From the sequence record NC_048046.1: DNA of 64,000 nucleotides; one strand, given 5' to 3'. A program made the translations under genes and the position numbers. Positions 34,886-43,524 of the stretch are shown here, one piece after another (position 1 is the first letter of the stretch; the number at the start of each line of letters is the position of its first letter). Below the pieces are notes generated by a model. It searched no databases and was not told where the DNA came from. It saw only the letters and a list, made by a program, of their open reading frames with translations.

Positions 34886-35190
34886 TCGCGCTTCACCAAA
34901 AGTACAACGGGCGGCTCGTCTATCTCCAGCCGGACCAGATCAAGGCCGTGGAGCATCGGGCCAGCGGGGATACGGCCGTAATTGTCGAAGGCATCGACGA
35001 CACTTCGCCGTGGATCGTGGTCGAGACGCCCGAGGAGATCGCGAAGCTGCTGGCTGGCTGGAAGTGGCGTCCGCACTTCCTCAACGAAACGATCCGTGAC
35101 GGCGCGGTGATCACCGCTCTTCGTCTCGACCTTAAGACCAAGGGGCTGGTCCCGACCTACGCCCATCTGCACCTGGAGCAAGTCCATTGA
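34882..35190 (+). CDS. SwrD/FlbD(PF06289)-like protein, paralogue 1 (102 aa)
   Basis: MI.L...NG..VYL.PD.I..VE....DT.VI......WIV.ETPEEI..LL pattern. Confidence 0.6.
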   Translation: MIALHQKYNGRLVYLQPDQIKAVEHRASGDTAVIVEGIDDTSPWIVVETPEEIAKLLAGWKWRPHFLNETIRDGAVITALRLDLKTKGLVPTYAHLHLEQVH

Positions 35191-35483
35191 TCCGCCTGAC
35201 CTCGCCTCATGAGAAGACGTCGGTCCTGATCGCCCCGGATCGTATCGCCGTGGCTTACGCGGACAAGACGGCTGATGGCGTAGCCGTTTCTTCCCTCGAA
35301 ATCGCGGGCTGCGACGGCACCGTACGCGCCTACGAAACGCTCAAGCAAATCGCCGATCTCAAGGTGGCCTGGGAAGAGCGCTACGAGAAGCTCGAAGCCG
35401 CCCACGACGGCGTCGTGTCCTACGTCTTCATCAACTCCGCCGGCGTCGTGGACGTGGCGTTTATGGAAGGGCATGGCGCATGA
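35187..35483 (+). CDS. SwrD/FlbD-like protein, paralogue 2 (98 aa)
   Basis: MIRLT......VLIAPDRI.......V..YETL.QI..L..AWE. Confidence 0.55.
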   Translation: MIRLTSPHEKTSVLIAPDRIAVAYADKTADGVAVSSLEIAGCDGTVRAYETLKQIADLKVAWEERYEKLEAAHDGVVSYVFINSAGVVDVAFMEGHGA

Positions 35484-35887
35484 TCCGCCTCACCATCACC
35501 GACGGCCGCTTCATCTACCTCGCGCCCGAACACATCACTCAGGTCGGCTCGTACGGCGACAAGACCTACGTCACGACTGTCGAACATCCCGACGGTCCGA
35601 CCGGCATCGTCGAGGACCCCTTCGACATCGCTCGCCTGAAGGCCGCCTGGGAACTGCGCTATCACGCGCCCGAGATCGCCGGCGATCTGCCCGTGGCGGT
35701 CTACATGGACCGCAGCGATCCGGAGAACCCGTCGATCCAGTTCCTGTGTTGCGCCATCACGCGCAAGCTCCGCGATCAGCGCGCCGGCACTCGTCCCCAA
35801 AACGGAACGATGGCGCCCGTCAACTTCGCTGGGCTCTTCGACGAAATCTTCGGCGCTGCGTTCCCGAACGATCCGGACAAGCGCTGA
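35480..35887 (+). CDS. SwrD/FlbD-like protein, paralogue 3 (135 aa)
   Basis: MIRLT..DG..IYLAPEHI..V....D.T.V........IVEDP.DI..L..AWE. Confidence 0.55.
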   Translation: MIRLTITDGRFIYLAPEHITQVGSYGDKTYVTTVEHPDGPTGIVEDPFDIARLKAAWELRYHAPEIAGDLPVAVYMDRSDPENPSIQFLCCAITRKLRDQRAGTRPQNGTMAPVNFAGLFDEIFGAAFPNDPDKR

Positions 35888-36102
35888 TGCCTGACCTGGA
35901 AGAGCATCTGCGGATTCTTCGACGCGCGTTCGCGAACTACCACGAACGCAACACCATCTGCCGCGCGGAGGGCTGTGACGGGGGCTACGTGGTGCTCGAT
36001 CAGGAAGACATCGACTGGTTCACCCAAGAGCCGCGACGCACGCCGTGCCCGAAATGCAAGGGCTCGGGTTTCGTACCGCGCCAGATGGAGTTGCCGCTGT
36101 GA
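35887..36102 (+). CDS. DnaJ-type zinc-finger peptide (71 aa)
   Basis: C...GCDGG ... CPKCKGSG. Confidence 0.7.
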   Translation: MPDLEEHLRILRRAFANYHERNTICRAEGCDGGYVVLDQEDIDWFTQEPRRTPCPKCKGSGFVPRQMELPL

Positions 36103-36260
36103 TCCAGGAACCTCGTCCGCTGCTGGGGATGGTGCTCGCCGCCACTTTTCTCTCGCTGTTCGCCATCCTCACCTACCCGCTGCGCCTCATGAACGTGCTG
36201 CCCAGCGAGACCGCTTGGGGCGCCCGCGCCTCCGATATCTTCGACGAAGAAGGCCTCTGA
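36099..36260 (+). CDS. Small membrane protein (53 aa)
   Basis: GTGA overlap; hydrophobic helix. Confidence 0.6.
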   Translation: MIQEPRPLLGMVLAATFLSLFAILTYPLRLMNVLPSETAWGARASDIFDEEGL

Positions 36261-37189
36261 TGCCCAATAAGCCCGACATCTGCCTCTACCATCATCCGTG
36301 CTCGGATGGCATGACCGCCGCCTGGGCGATCTGGACGCGCTGGCCTGACATCGAATTCCTCGGCGTCAACTACAACCAGCCGGTACCGGACCTCGCTGGC
36401 AAGCATGTCCTTCTGGTCGACTTCAGCTACAAGCACGACGTCCTGGTGCAGATCGCGGCGGTCGCCGCCTCGGTCACGATCCTGGATCACCACAAGTCGG
36501 CCCGCGAAGACCTCCAGCCGCTGCTGGATTCCGGCGTGGTCCAGGGCGAGTTTGATATGACCCGCTCCGGCGCCAAGATGGCGTGGGATTACGTCTGGCC
36601 GGCGGATGTCGAGAATCCGTTCGATCGCGAGCACTTCCAGTACCGCAACTACGTGGTCGAGGACGGCGAGTATCGTCGCGGCGTCGGCTATGTGCCGTAT
36701 CTCGTCAAGTACGTGCAGGATCGCGACCTCTGGACCTGGGACCTGCCGGACTCCAAGGAGATCAGCGCCTACATCCAGACCAAGCCGCTGACCCTCCAGG
36801 CCTGGGACAAGCTCGCACACGAACTCGAAGACAGCACGATCTACGACCGCGCGGTTGAGATCGGCGCGATCCTGCTGCGCAAGCAGGAATCCGAGATCGC
36901 CGGCGCCCTGAAGTCGACGAAGCGCCGCATGCGGATCGCCGACTACGACGTCCCGGTCGCCAACGTGCCCTACATCTGGGCGTCCGAGGCCGGCAACATC
37001 CTGTGCAAGGGCGAGCCCTTCGCCGCGACCTACATCGACACGGCGGACGGCCGCTCGTTCTCGCTGCGTTCGGACAAGGAAGACCCGAACGCCGTCGATG
37101 TCAGCGAGATCGCGGCCTACTATGGCGGCGGCGGCCATGCGAACGCTTCGGGCTTCCGCGCGCCGATTGGCTGGGAGGGTCGCTCGTGA
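36260..37189 (+). CDS. DHH/DHHA1-family phosphoesterase (309 aa)
   Basis: YHHPCSDG, VDFSY, ILDHH, QDRDLW and GGGGHANASGF motifs. Confidence 0.85.
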   Translation: MPNKPDICLYHHPCSDGMTAAWAIWTRWPDIEFLGVNYNQPVPDLAGKHVLLVDFSYKHDVLVQIAAVAASVTILDHHKSAREDLQPLLDSGVVQGEFDMTRSGAKMAWDYVWPADVENPFDREHFQYRNYVVEDGEYRRGVGYVPYLVKYVQDRDLWTWDLPDSKEISAYIQTKPLTLQAWDKLAHELEDSTIYDRAVEIGAILLRKQESEIAGALKSTKRRMRIADYDVPVANVPYIWASEAGNILCKGEPFAATYIDTADGRSFSLRSDKEDPNAVDVSEIAAYYGGGGHANASGFRAPIGWEGRS

Positions 37190-37524
37190 GTCGCGCACTC
37201 TATTACGTCACCTACGAGGCGAGGGACGATCTGATTTTCCTCCTCGGGACCGAGGATGAAAACGAAGCCGAAGCGTGGCGAGAGTGGATCGTCTCTAGCG
37301 AGGATACCGAGGTGATCGCAGATGTTCGGAGCACCCGCATCGATCCGGATATCGGAGACAGTTTCTACGACGCCTTCGCCCTCATCTGCGACGATGACGA
37401 CGAACTCTACCTGTTCGGTTCGATGGAGTCCGCACGCACCTTCGTCGACAAGGAAGGGCTGAACGGCGCCCTCTTCCAGGGCATTAAGTTCGGCGTCCGC
37501 ACTTTCATGGCGCGACCACTATGA
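37186..37524 (+). CDS. Highly acidic hypothetical protein (112 aa)
   Basis: GTGA overlap; about 25 D/E versus about 10 K/R by hand count. Confidence 0.7.
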   Translation: MSRALYYVTYEARDDLIFLLGTEDENEAEAWREWIVSSEDTEVIADVRSTRIDPDIGDSFYDAFALICDDDDELYLFGSMESARTFVDKEGLNGALFQGIKFGVRTFMARPL

Positions 37525-37772
37525 GCTACTACGGCAACTCCGGCCGCAATGTCCTGAAGGGCCTCTTCGCCTTTGCCGTCTTCGGCATGTTCGTCGGCCT
37601 CTCGCTCGTCGGCGTCCTGGCCGGCATCGTCGTCTCGACGCCGTGGGCACTCTGGTATCACGATCCAAAGGTCGTGATCTGGCCCGCCACGATCGGCATG
37701 GTCCTGATCTGGATGTGGGCGGCATGGGTCCTGTTCACGCCGCGTATCCCCAATCCCTTTCGAAAGCGCTGA
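37521..37772 (+). CDS. Two-TM membrane protein (83 aa)
   Basis: Two hydrophobic segments and a basic tail. Confidence 0.75.
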   Translation: MSYYGNSGRNVLKGLFAFAVFGMFVGLSLVGVLAGIVVSTPWALWYHDPKVVIWPATIGMVLIWMWAAWVLFTPRIPNPFRKR

Positions 37773-37783
37773 AGGAGATCAGC

Positions 37784-38032
37784 ATGACTCTGCAATTTCT
37801 GACCCCTGAGATCATCGATCAACTCGACGATGAGCAACTGCGTGCGATCGCCAACGGCACCCTGGAAGTCGAACTTCTGGAGTACAAGGGCGAAGGCCTG
37901 AACACCCTGCGTGCGCGTCGCGATGAACTGCGCGCCGCCGGCGAAAACACCGTGCGCCTGGACGCCGAGATCGCATGGGGCGAGCGTAATACGCAGCCGG
38001 TTCTGTTCTTCACGCAGAAGATGGCCGCGTGA
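37784..38032 (+). CDS. Hypothetical protein (82 aa)
   Basis: AAGGAG RBS. Confidence 0.7.
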   Translation: MTLQFLTPEIIDQLDDEQLRAIANGTLEVELLEYKGEGLNTLRARRDELRAAGENTVRLDAEIAWGERNTQPVLFFTQKMAA

Positions 38033-38247
38033 AGATCGCCTACGAACTCCGCCAGCAGCATGACGAGATGGGCAACGCCGCCCATCTCCTCTCGCCGGGC
38101 GATGCCGAGCGCATCAACCAGGGCGGCTATCGTCGCGTCGCAGGTGGCTGCACCTGCGACTGCGGCAAACTCTATTACGACCACCCGCCCGTCCTGGGCG
38201 CGCTGTGGCTGACCCGCCTCTGTGGTGGCGAGATCGTGAAGCTGTGA
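38029..38247 (+). CDS. Small Cys-rich protein (72 aa)
   Basis: C.C..CGK..Y.HP...L..LC.G motif. Confidence 0.7.
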   Translation: MKIAYELRQQHDEMGNAAHLLSPGDAERINQGGYRRVAGGCTCDCGKLYYDHPPVLGALWLTRLCGGEIVKL

Positions 38248-38609
38248 TGGAACTTTCGTATCTCTATTCTGTGACGCTCCATAAGTTTCGGGCTCATGGG
38301 CTCGATGCCTTGGGCATGGTGCAAGAACGCGAGCGCTCCGCTGCGGATCGCGAAGCTCTGCACCTCGTCGAGCGACTAAGTGCCTTGCACATCCCGTGTC
38401 ACTTCGCCGATGGGGGTGACGCAGAGGATGATTTCTATGTCGTCCGCTATTCATCACGGGGCTCAGGGTTGCAGTGGCATGCCTCCATCCAGCTTCGCGG
38501 CGATCAGTTGTTGCTGTTACTGATGGGCATGCGCATGGAGTCGCATCCTGCGCTGGTTCGTCAAGCGAAGCTCACCGACGAGAAGTTTCGAGACCTCACC
38601 ATTGCCTAA
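38247..38609 (+). CDS. Hypothetical protein (120 aa)
   Basis: TGATG coupling; AT-richer codons. Confidence 0.6.
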   Translation: MELSYLYSVTLHKFRAHGLDALGMVQERERSAADREALHLVERLSALHIPCHFADGGDAEDDFYVVRYSSRGSGLQWHASIQLRGDQLLLLLMGMRMESHPALVRQAKLTDEKFRDLTIA

Positions 38610-39054
38610 GCAGATCACCTGCGGAGCCTGTGGCGGCAGCGGCCTCGAAGAACTCTTCGGCGAGATGCCCGTCGCGTTCGGAACTTGCACCAACTGCGCC
38701 GGCACCGGCAAGACGGAGTCACGTTACGTGGAACCCTTGACCTACGAAACCTACATCACCACCGCCAAGTCCCGCGCCGGCGCGGCCAAGCAGCCCGGCG
38801 GTCTGATTTTCCCCAAGGACATGCCGCCGGTCCACAAGCTGGCCGACAACGGCATCGACGTCATCATCGACGAGGCCGCGACCCGCGCCCTCTATTGGGG
38901 CGAGGACACCAAGACGATCGCGGACTGCCAATTGAAGTTCCCCAACGTCGGGAACTTCCGAGGCATCCCTGATCAGGACGCCGATTTCTCGACAGGCTTC
39001 GACGACAAGGGTAAGGTGTCCTCCCCTGAAGAAGATCAGGACACCCGCATCTAG
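38602..39054 (+). CDS. DnaJ-type zinc-finger protein (150 aa)
   Basis: CGACGGSG ... CTNCAGTG. Confidence 0.75.
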   Translation: MPKQITCGACGGSGLEELFGEMPVAFGTCTNCAGTGKTESRYVEPLTYETYITTAKSRAGAAKQPGGLIFPKDMPPVHKLADNGIDVIIDEAATRALYWGEDTKTIADCQLKFPNVGNFRGIPDQDADFSTGFDDKGKVSSPEEDQDTRI

Positions 39055-39100
39055 GCAAAGACCTGGAGCGATATGACGAAGGACTCACCAGTGGAGTCCT

Positions 39101-39373
39101 ATGAGCCCTTCCCGTCGAAAGGCGCTGCGCGAAGCAGTCGAGCACTGCGGCGTCTCGAAGATCGAGGTCGAAGCTTGCCAGCGCGAGTACGTGCTGGCGC
39201 ACGACGCCTATAACGCTCTCGTCACCGAGAATCCGCCGAAGAAGCGCTCAGGTACGACCATCGAGAACATGCGTCGACACGCCCTCGCGGCGTACGAAGC
39301 ACTGCTCGATGCGATGCGGGTCCACTCCGACAATTTGGCCCATATCGCGGCCCTGCGAGGGACTTCGTACTGA
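39101..39373 (+). CDS. Hypothetical helical protein (90 aa)
   Basis: GGAG RBS. Confidence 0.7.
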   Translation: MSPSRRKALREAVEHCGVSKIEVEACQREYVLAHDAYNALVTENPPKKRSGTTIENMRRHALAAYEALLDAMRVHSDNLAHIAALRGTSY

Positions 39374-39669
39374 TGTTCGTCATGAAGCGCAACGACGCCG
39401 CGCCCGCCCTGGAGCGCTGGACGATCGAGAACTCCACGGAGTTCCGTCGCGGCCTGCTGCAACTCCCCAGCGAAGATTACCTAAACCCGTCGGCGATCGA
39501 CATGATCCGCGTGGTTCGGGACAAGCCCGACCGTAGCACCGGCGAAGTCCTGACCAAGGTCCACATCGAGTGCAAGGGCTCCTGGTTCTCGACGATCTTC
39601 GATGAGGTCGACGAGGCGCGCGGTTTCGCCCGCACGGTATGCAATTTCCGAGACGAGTACCACCGCTGA
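39373..39669 (+). CDS. Hypothetical protein (98 aa)
   Basis: TGATG coupling. Confidence 0.75.
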   Translation: MFVMKRNDAAPALERWTIENSTEFRRGLLQLPSEDYLNPSAIDMIRVVRDKPDRSTGEVLTKVHIECKGSWFSTIFDEVDEARGFARTVCNFRDEYHR

Positions 39670-40139
39670 TGCGCTACTTCCTGGACACCGAATTCAACGG
39701 CTTCGGCGGCTGTATCCTCAGCCTCGCCCTGGTCGCGCAGAACGGCGCATCGCTCTATCTCGTCTGGCCGACGAACGACATGCCCGAGGACCCCGATCCG
39801 TGGGTCCTCCAGAACGTCATCCCGCTCATGGACAAGGTGCCAGACAACGTCCGTACGATCGAAGTCCGTTACGGGACCGACGACGCCGCGCGCCACATCG
39901 CCGAGTTCCTGCGTGGTGACCCGGCGCCTGAGATCGTCACCGACTGGCCCGACGACATCCGCTACTTCTGCCAAGAGGTCATCACCGGCCCCGGCCAGAT
40001 GATCGCGATCCCGCGCCTCGCCTTCCAGATGCTCCGCGTCGACGCGTACCCGACCACGCTCGCTGGCGCCGTCCAGCATAACGCGTGGTGGGATGCCTGG
40101 GCGCTCCACACGCTGTTGACCCCCATTGGCGCGCGCTAA
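39669..40139 (+). CDS. DEDDh 3'-5' exo(ribo)nuclease, Rv2179c-like (156 aa)
   Basis: YFLDTEF, LSLALV, D..YF and HNA.WDA motifs. Confidence 0.8.
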   Translation: MRYFLDTEFNGFGGCILSLALVAQNGASLYLVWPTNDMPEDPDPWVLQNVIPLMDKVPDNVRTIEVRYGTDDAARHIAEFLRGDPAPEIVTDWPDDIRYFCQEVITGPGQMIAIPRLAFQMLRVDAYPTTLAGAVQHNAWWDAWALHTLLTPIGAR

Positions 40140-40665
40140 GCGCCGGTCCGCCCCGAGGACCACCGCCAACACCATCTCTCGCCGCCGGCCGCGACGCCGA
40201 AAGGCCTCGTCGTCCAAGAAGACCCCTGTGTCCTACAACCACCGCACCCATCCGGCGAAGATTCATCGACCGGCTCCCGGACACTGCCGTTGGTGCCATC
40301 AGCCGATCTATCGGGTGGACGGCACGATCAACCGCCGGCGCTCTTGGTGCAGTAAGACCTGCGTGGGTCATTACTTGCTGCGCACGGATTCCAAGATGAT
40401 GCGACAGCACATCTTCTTCCGGGACCAAGGTGTTTGTGCGAAGTGCGGTAAGGAGCATAAGTACAACAACGCTGATTGGGAAGCCGATCACGCACAGCCC
40501 TTGTTCCTTGCATTTGGCGATCCTTCATTCTGGGAACCAGAGAACGTTCAACTTCTCTGCACTTCACCTTGTCATAAGGAGAAGTCTGCTGAAGATCGAC
40601 GCAAGTACGGGTTTGTTCTCAAGATGGCCAAGGGGCCTAAGTCTGCGCAAAACCGGCTCGGTTAG
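40126..40665 (+). CDS. HNH endonuclease with N-terminal zinc finger (179 aa)
   Basis: CRWC...WCS..C; RDQGVCAKCG; EADH..PL; ENVQLLC..CH..K. Confidence 0.8.
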   Translation: MARAKRRSAPRTTANTISRRRPRRRKASSSKKTPVSYNHRTHPAKIHRPAPGHCRWCHQPIYRVDGTINRRRSWCSKTCVGHYLLRTDSKMMRQHIFFRDQGVCAKCGKEHKYNNADWEADHAQPLFLAFGDPSFWEPENVQLLCTSPCHKEKSAEDRRKYGFVLKMAKGPKSAQNRLG

Positions 40666-40697
40666 CACAGCCTTACTGGCAAGTAAACTACCAAACT

Positions 40698-40736
40698 GCC
40701 AGAATTCTTGACATTAACCATGGATTTTGCTAGAAC
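40698..40736 (+). promoter_or_regulatory. Sigma73-type promoter for the head operon with embedded CtrA half-site
   Basis: GCCAG at 40698, TTGACA at 40708-40713, TTAACCAT at 40714-40721, GCTAGAAC at 40729-40736. Confidence 0.7.
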
Positions 40737-40859
40737 CTGCGACATCCCGACTAGGTAGCCGGCTCTCCCCAGGGCTTGTTGCCGCACCATCCATTCTCGC
40801 GACGCGACGGGTCGTCACGCCTAGTCCCAGGGTCTGGGACAACAGAGAGACAAGTTTCT

Positions 40860-41645
40860 ATGCCGATTTTCCAGTTCGATACGCTCGAACAGATTCCTGA
40901 GGCGCTCCGCAGCTACGCGAAGTCCGAGGGCGAGAAGGTTCAGATCAATCTCGTTCCCGAAGACAAGCTGGCTGAGTTCCGCCAGAACAACACCGACCTT
41001 CTGAAGGAGCGCGACGCTCTGAAGAAGGAAGTCGAGCTGTACAAGCCGGTCGTGGGCGATGACCCGAACGCGCTGGCAGCGGAACTGGTGGAACTGCGAG
41101 CGACGGCCCAGCGCGTCAAGGACGGCACGCTGACCGACAGCAAGGCCATCGAGCAAGAGGTCGTGCGCCGTACCGAGGACATGAAGAAGTCCCTGGAAGA
41201 ACAGATTCGAACGGCCCAGAAGGAAGGCGCCAACTGGCGCGCCAAGGCCACCGACATCGAAGCTGTTCACAAGCGCACCCTGGTCAATTCGGCGATCAAG
41301 GACGCCCTGATCGACCCGGAACTCGGCGTGCAGCCGTACGCCTATCCGGACATCCTGGCCCGCGCGACCAACGTCTGGCGCGCCCAGGACAACGGTCAAG
41401 TCCTGGCCTTCCAGGGCGACCTGCAACTGTACGGTTCGGACGGCGGCTCGCCGCTGACTCCGAAGGAATGGATCGTGAAGCTTCGCGACGAGGCCCCGCA
41501 CTACTTCAAGGGCACTCAGGGCGGCGGCGCCGGCGGCGACAGCACGCAGCGCGGTCAGTTCGGCAAGACCCAGCAGGAACTGCGCAGCATGCGCGGCGCC
41601 GACAAGCTGGCTCTGGCCAACGGAGCTAAGCCGGCCTCGCTGTAG
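40860..41645 (+). CDS. Capsid scaffolding protein (261 aa)
   Basis: Coiled-coil protein directly upstream of the capsid gene, with P..F....GGGAGG near the C-terminus. Confidence 0.75.
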   Translation: MPIFQFDTLEQIPEALRSYAKSEGEKVQINLVPEDKLAEFRQNNTDLLKERDALKKEVELYKPVVGDDPNALAAELVELRATAQRVKDGTLTDSKAIEQEVVRRTEDMKKSLEEQIRTAQKEGANWRAKATDIEAVHKRTLVNSAIKDALIDPELGVQPYAYPDILARATNVWRAQDNGQVLAFQGDLQLYGSDGGSPLTPKEWIVKLRDEAPHYFKGTQGGGAGGDSTQRGQFGKTQQELRSMRGADKLALANGAKPASL

Positions 41646-41813
41646 GCCGGATGGGGGCAGCCCCTCTCGCCTGAGGGGTGCTGGGCCGGGCGGGCCTAAC
41701 TTAAGCGCCTGGGTTTCTTGGGACGGTTCCCGCCAAAAACCGTCCTACCAGTTTCGCCCGAATGGGCATCGCGTCGAGGAAGCGCCACGGGCGCTGATCC
41801 GCATCAAGAATTG

Positions 41814-41841
41814 GAGTCACGTTTCCTCCGAAACGAGACTC
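41814..41841. promoter_or_regulatory. 28-bp palindrome GAGTCACGTTT-cctccg-AAACGAGACTC in the capsid gene leader
   Basis: Same family as 13015-13115. Confidence 0.75.
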
Positions 41842-41946
41842 TCAAGAAATTCCCTCGGGTGTCGTCGGACGATCCGAGGGGGAGCCCGAGGCGGGGGCCG
41901 CCTCCTCAAACCTGTCCGGCATGAAACCAATAAAGGGAAAGCTCTA

Positions 41947-42879
41947 ATGGCTGCCTTGACTCTGCTCGAAGCCTCTGATCTGGCGATGGGCAACGATGAG
42001 GTGAAGCGTTCGGCAATCATCGAACTCTTCGCCTACCCGGACCTGCTGAAGGTGCTGCCGTTCATGGACGTGCCCGGCGGTTCGTACACCTACACGCAAG
42101 AAGGCGCCCTGCCCGGCGTGGCCTTCCGTGGCTTCAACGAAGCCTACACCAACGGCGTCGGCGTCGTGAACTCGCAAGTCGAAGTTCTGAAGATCGTCGG
42201 TGGCGACCTGGACGTCGACAAGGCCCTCATCAAGACCCACGGCGCGGACATCCGCACCCGTCAGGAAAAGATGAAGGTCAAGGCTCTGTCGCTGTTCCTG
42301 GCCGGCAAGATCATCAACGGTGACTCCGAGCAGGACCCGCGCGAATTCGACGGTCTGCGCAAGCGCATCGTCGGCTCGCAGCGCATCCCGGCCGGCGGCA
42401 CCAACGGCGGTGATCCGCTGTCGCTGCAAATCCTGGACGAAGCGATCGACGCCGTCGAAGGTGCGACCCACCTCGTCATGTCGAAGCGCATGCGCAACCT
42501 GCTGTCGGCCGCCAGCCGTCAGACCTCGGTCGCGGGCTTCATCACCTGGGACAAGACCGAGTTCGGCGAGCGCATCGCCTACTACAATGACCTGCCCATC
42601 CTGGTCACCGACTACGACGACAAGAACGTCCAAGTCATCGACTTCAACGAAGCCTGCCCCGGCGGCGGTACCACCGGTACCTCGATCTACGTCCTGAACA
42701 TCGGCGACAGCGGCGTGATCGGCCTCCAGAACGGCGTCATGGAAGTTGACGACCTCGGTCAGGTCAACGACAAGCCGGTGTACCGCACCCGCATCGAATG
42801 GCTGATCAGCCTCGCCGTCATGAGCGGTCGTGCTGCGGCCCGCGTGTGGGGCATCAAGAAGGCTCCGGTCGTCGCCTAA
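41947..42879 (+). CDS. Major capsid protein (HK97-like fold, 310 aa)
   Basis: Size, position after the scaffold gene, strong codon bias, and LP...FR..NE.Y and EFDGL.KR motifs seen in this capsid family. Confidence 0.85.
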   Translation: MAALTLLEASDLAMGNDEVKRSAIIELFAYPDLLKVLPFMDVPGGSYTYTQEGALPGVAFRGFNEAYTNGVGVVNSQVEVLKIVGGDLDVDKALIKTHGADIRTRQEKMKVKALSLFLAGKIINGDSEQDPREFDGLRKRIVGSQRIPAGGTNGGDPLSLQILDEAIDAVEGATHLVMSKRMRNLLSAASRQTSVAGFITWDKTEFGERIAYYNDLPILVTDYDDKNVQVIDFNEACPGGGTTGTSIYVLNIGDSGVIGLQNGVMEVDDLGQVNDKPVYRTRIEWLISLAVMSGRAAARVWGIKKAPVVA

Positions 42880-42889
42880 GGCGATGGCC

Positions 42890-42916
42890 TAAGGGCTGGC
42901 CCTTCGGGGCCAGCCT
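42890..42916 (+). terminator. Hairpin after the capsid gene (attenuator/stabiliser)
   Basis: GGCTGGCCC-TTCG-GGGCCAGCC. Confidence 0.5.
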
Positions 42917-42962
42917 GCGCCTCCTCCCCACCTCACACCACCTCCTCTAAGGGCATCTGAAG

Positions 42963-43442
42963 ATGAACTCCAAGATCAAGCACATGTACGATGCGCTGCT
43001 GGCGCTTCGTTCGCTCACCGACCGCGCTACGCCGGTCACGGCCGATGGCGCCGGTGGCGGCTACGTCGACCTGCACCACCTGCTGCCCGAAGGCACCCCC
43101 GGCGAGCCGGGCGCCCTGGGCGATGTCGCTGGCCTGTTCGGTCAGCGTCCGTTCGACGTCGTGATCCAAGTCGACGCGATCGACACCACGTCGGGTTCGG
43201 AAACCTACACCCTGAAGCTCCAGACGGTCGACGCGAACAAGGCCAACCCGGTCGACGTTCCGTTCGGCGGCGCGGTCATCACGTCGGCCCTGGTCGGCGA
43301 ACCGCTGGTCGTCAAGATCGACCCGGCCGTCCTGAAGCTGGCCGACGCGGATGCCGCGTACCTGCGCATCTTCGCCGACGTCGGCGGCGCCACGCCGTCG
43401 ATCTCCTACTACGCGTTCGCTGCGCCGAACAGCCGCGCCTAA
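42963..43442 (+). CDS. Minor capsid/decoration protein (159 aa)
   Basis: Directly after the MCP with strong codon bias; beta-rich. Confidence 0.7.
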   Translation: MNSKIKHMYDALLALRSLTDRATPVTADGAGGGYVDLHHLLPEGTPGEPGALGDVAGLFGQRPFDVVIQVDAIDTTSGSETYTLKLQTVDANKANPVDVPFGGAVITSALVGEPLVVKIDPAVLKLADADAAYLRIFADVGGATPSISYYAFAAPNSRA

Positions 43443-43469
43443 GTAGGCAGGTCGGGCTCAGGCTCAACC

Positions 43470-43505
43470 GAGGCCCGGATCGAAAGGTCCGGGCCTTTTC
43501 TTTTA
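43470..43505 (+). terminator. Rho-independent terminator
   Basis: AGGCCCGGATC-GAAA-GGTCCGGGCCT followed by TTTCTTTT. Confidence 0.85.
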
Positions 43506-43524
43506 CGTATGAGGGTTCGGGTTT

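Noticed and set aside
38716-38725. Extra palindrome-family site (GAGTCACGTT)
   Set aside because: A single half-site inside a coding region with no partner arm; may be chance.
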